DNA of 64,000 nucleotides from Mobula hypostoma (Eukaryota). This document shows positions 60,199-64,000 of this stretch, piece by piece. The notes beneath the pieces are model-generated. The model was not told the DNA's origin. It ran no database searches and saw nothing but the letters and a program-made list of their open reading frames with translations. Position 1 is the stretch's first letter, and the number at the start of each line of letters is the position of its first letter. The position numbers were made by a program, and so were the translations under genes. The DNA is taken from assembly GCF_963921235.1 (NCBI RefSeq), contig NC_086118.1, positions 23,128,001 to 23,192,000 on the forward strand, read 5' to 3'.

Positions 60199-61499
60199 GT
60201 TAGTATGTATATTTGAATATTGGTTAGACAGTAGTTAATGTATGTTTCTTGAACACAGTTTGTGAATGTCGGGATCATACTTGAATGTAGAGGTAAAATA
60301 AAGGAAAGACAAATGAAAGAGGAAACTTTTTATAAATTTTAACTCCTCAGCATTTCTACAATACTGGATGATTATACGCTTGAAAAATATCTTAAGCTCT
60401 TTCTCAGAAAGTATGTTTGTCAACGTTAGGAAAAAATGTAACCAAAGTCAGCAGTTCGCGGAAGAAAATGAGAAGGATATTTCCCTGAGTGTAAACACTA
60501 TCCCCTGTCTTTGTTAGTGATATTCTCAGTATGAGGTGTTCCAGATTTCCCTAAAAAATCATTGATTTTAAGTTACTAAAACAGATATTTAGATCACCAC
60601 TTAAATAATATCTTCAGATGCCAGAGATCTGAAATAAAATAGAAATTGCTAGAAATGCTCAGCAGGCTAGGTATTACCTGTTGAGTGGAAAAAACTGTTA
60701 ACATTTCAGATGGATTATATTTATAGGAACTGTTTAACTGTTTCTAGAGTCGGGGATAGTTTTGTAGTTTCTCATAGCTACCCATCCGATTTGGGTGAAT
60801 TGAGTTCAATATGAGAATAAGTTTAGACAACCAAAGGCAGGTGATGGTAAAGGAAGGTTAGTTGAACTTACTTTCAAGGGGAAAAAAAATGACGATGGTT
60901 CCAGTGTAGTATGAAAATATAGAAAGATTGAATGTCCATGATGAAAATGAACCAGTGGGGACCAGGAAACTAGAAACTTGTAAGTGATAAAGTTTGATGG
61001 AGATGTCATGGATGCAAGTAGGAAGAGACTGGATAAGGAAGGAAAGAGTAAAGGTAGGACAAAATGTGTTCTATAGGTCAAGAAGAGGTTGAAACTATGG
61101 ATCTACCAAAGAGATTTGCTGTGGATCTTGGGAAGAAGAGAGAAGTGAATTGCATGTGTTAAGCATTCTAAAGCTTTCCTAGGATTCAGGAAAGAGCGAA
61201 ACATTAGCAGATATAACTAAAAGCTTGGTTGCTGAAGTGGATATTAAGAGAAAAGGAAGCTGGGGAAATATTAAGATTTTGTGAGGAAGTTCTACAATGT
61301 GAGATGAAGGTAGCTTGAGGTACAAGTGCACAACAAGGCCAGAATCAGATTTTTGGTGTTGGGTGATGGTGGGGTTGGGCCATGGGCAGGAAAGTGTAAT
61401 AGGTGTTGTAGCACGTATGGACCTTGAACAGGCTGCAGAAATGGGATTGAAAAATGAGACTGAAAAAGAATCAAATTTCCAGCCCTTTGGATGAACTAA

Positions 61500-62255
61500 T
61501 GTTTATCTAGATAGATAGATCCCAAAGGAAATTACAGTGTCACAGTAGTATTACAAGTGTATAGATATACAAATATTAGAAGAGAAGTAAGAAAGAATAA
61601 AAAATGTTACCTCAAACAGTCCTACAGGGGGAGCTATAGGTTGATTCATTATAGAACCTAATGGCCGAGGGTAAGAATGACCTCATATAGCACTCTTTGG
61701 AGCAGCGTAGTTGCCTTAATGTATTATTAGAAGTGCACCTTTGTTCAGCTAAGGTGACATGCAGAGGGTGAGAAACATTGTCCAGGATTGCCAGGATTTT
61801 CTCTAGGGTCCTTTGTTCTACCACAGCCTCCAGTGTGTTCAGTTTGACTCCTATCACAGAGCCAGCCTTTCTAATCAGTTTATTTAGCCTTTTCGCATCA
61901 CCCGTGTTGATGCCATTGCCCCAGTACACCACCGCATAGAAGATTGTACTTGCAACAACAGACTGGTAGAACATGTGAAGGAGAGACCTGCATACTTCAA
62001 AGGACCTCAGTCTCCTCAGGAAGTAGAGGTGACTTTGGCTGTTCTGGTTCACAACCTCTGTGTTGGTGCTGCACTCAAGTTTGTCATCCAGATGCACCCC
62101 CGGGTACCTATAGATCCTCACCATCAATAGTAAAAGGGAGCACTGCAAGCTTAGTCTTCCTAAACTCCAACACTATCTCCTTTCTCTTCCTGATGTTGAG
62201 CTGCAGATGATTCAGCTTGCACCATTTGACAAAGTCCTCCGCCAAGGTCCTGTAT
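61500..62255 (-). mobile_element. Rex1/Babar-type LINE 3' fragment
   Basis: ORF 61612-62148 (GVHLDDKLE...LYFLRRLRSF...FYQSVVAS...SHPLH...SFLPSAIRFYN) and (tatc)n tail; same family as 8755-9546. Confidence 0.85.
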
Positions 62256-64000
62256 TCAGCCTTACTAGGTGAAGGAGAGTGAGCTGGCCAGGTTACAATT
62301 GAAATTCAGGTGAAAAAGCAATTAAATTTAGATGATGATTACTAGGATGTATTGAGGAAGGTTGGAGACTGACAATATGGATATGTTTTTGTGCTGGAGA
62401 TGACACTCTAGTGTACCTTGAGTTTGCATGGGATACCTCTGTTAAGAAAATTCTGGTTTAGTCAGATATGAAGTCTGGGAAGGAGAAGGGTAACATGGTT
62501 TATATCTCTGGTGGGTTCTGAAGATTTTGGCTTTGATCTTCCCAAATTTTAAAGATAGAAGGTATGATTTATTGAATTTTGGGTAATAAACCTCTGATAA
62601 TGTAAAAACAATGAAGAGGCAGAGAATTGGTGGAATTCAGTGATTTTAGAATCCACATTGAATCTTCTGGTTTTGTGTGATATGCCAAGGAACAAGGTAA
62701 AGATGATGTTGGGAAATGGGATGAAGGATTCTAATGGAGTTCAAAAGTAATTGTGCATGAATTGGAAGACAAACCATTGCATGAGATACTTTTGCTACCA
62801 TCTGGAGAAAGGTATCTTGGCGATGTTGATCTGAGCAAGTGGAGAGCAACAGGTAATGATGGTAGGGCAATGCAGACAGTTCAGTGGAACGGGTGCACCA
62901 GGGTCTCGGAGAGGATTTTGTTCGTATCTTTGTTTATTGGAGAAGCCTGATTTATGATTCAAATGAAGTAGAGAGTAAAGCATGCAAGCATTGTGGCGTT
63001 GGCAAGATGCTTAAGAACTTAGGAGGGAGAAAAAGACCAAGTTTCTGAATGGCTTGTTTGGCTTGAAAAATGTCTTCCCTTTCAAAATAAAGTAAGTTTT
63101 AGAAAGCTGATTTTTTCAACTTGCCATTTAAAGGAATATTTCCTAATAAAATTATTTAGTGGGCTTACAAACAAATATGAAAGTCTGTAAGTCAAGATAT
63201 TGCTTCTGATTTTATCAAATCTGTGGGAGTCAGGTCTAGAAAAGAGACAGAATACTTAGAAAATATAAACACATTAAGAGACCAGTTCCAACCTGTATGT
63301 TGTCAAAGAAATGGGATGCACTATAACAATTTTGGTTATATGCCTGTGACTTCCAAGTATATTCTTTGAGTTGTACATTATTATTATGAAGCTTGTGTTT
63401 TGCCACAACAAACTATATTTAGGCTTGAAATGAAGAAAGGCACTAGCATTCTATAACCTATATTTTAGTTTGGGCTGTTATGCAGGTAATTATTTTTAAT
63501 TATTATTTTGATTGCTTGACATGTTTGTATTTGGGGGAGAAACTAAGTTCTTCAGGACTGAGGATTCTATTGTAGCCTTTCTTTACAAATAAATGAAAGC
63601 AAAGTTCGAAAATCGAAGTTAAACATGATACCAAAGTATATTTATGTTTTGGAAACTTCAACAAAAGCTGGTACTTGGTAAATTAACAGACTAATGATGG
63701 GAAGTTGCTATTCAAAAGATAGTTTCTGTGATGCTGTAATTATAGAGCCCTCTGAATACTCCTGAACTTTTGATAATTTGGACATAATTTTAAATATTGT
63801 TCTTGGACTGAGTAATATCATGGCCATTTTTAAAATTTCATTTATTCAAGATGATTAGTTTTTCATAAGGATGACATTTAACAATTTAGTGACAGATTAA
63901 TCCAATTTTATATTTACCATTACAATAAATCTGATTTTCCTTCTTGGGTGACACTCCAATACGGTGACCTCACAAGAACATTAAAATTAGTGCAGAACAT

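Noticed and set aside
1..64000. Prokaryotic systems (CRISPR arrays, operons, rRNA/tRNA genes)
   Set aside because: No regularly spaced repeat-spacer array, gene-dense region or structural RNA gene seen; the content is vertebrate retroelements. The tRNA-Pro match is only a PBS.

Overview
Eukaryotic, AT-rich, repeat-dense genomic DNA. The repeat families (CR1, Rex1/Babar, Penelope-like, V-SINE) suggest a cartilaginous fish such as a ray or shark; this is inference. No long host-gene CDS is recognisable. A CpG-rich, probably bidirectional promoter at ~27.35-27.77 kb has tandem ETS sites, a YY1 site, an RFX X-box and splice donors on both strands, so most of the window is probably intronic. The best-supported structures are: (i) a very young 4.9-kb Gmr1-like LTR retrotransposon (35589-40463) with near-identical 832-bp LTRs, a 4-bp TSD, a tRNA-Pro PBS and one 979-aa ORF that keeps Gag and protease but reads in frame through deleted, catalytically dead integrase/RT remnants; (ii) two head-to-head palindromic Penelope-like insertions with 13-bp TSDs and the same end asymmetry, carrying minimal hammerhead-ribozyme motifs, plus a ~140-bp hammerhead-only insertion; (iii) a non-autonomous Helitron, an internally deleted Tigger with a 100-bp internal hairpin, a piggyBac-type MITE and two hAT-type elements; (iv) many degenerate CR1 and Rex1/Babar LINE fragments, often nested. 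Everything was read by eye, so boundaries of degenerate repeats are approximate.
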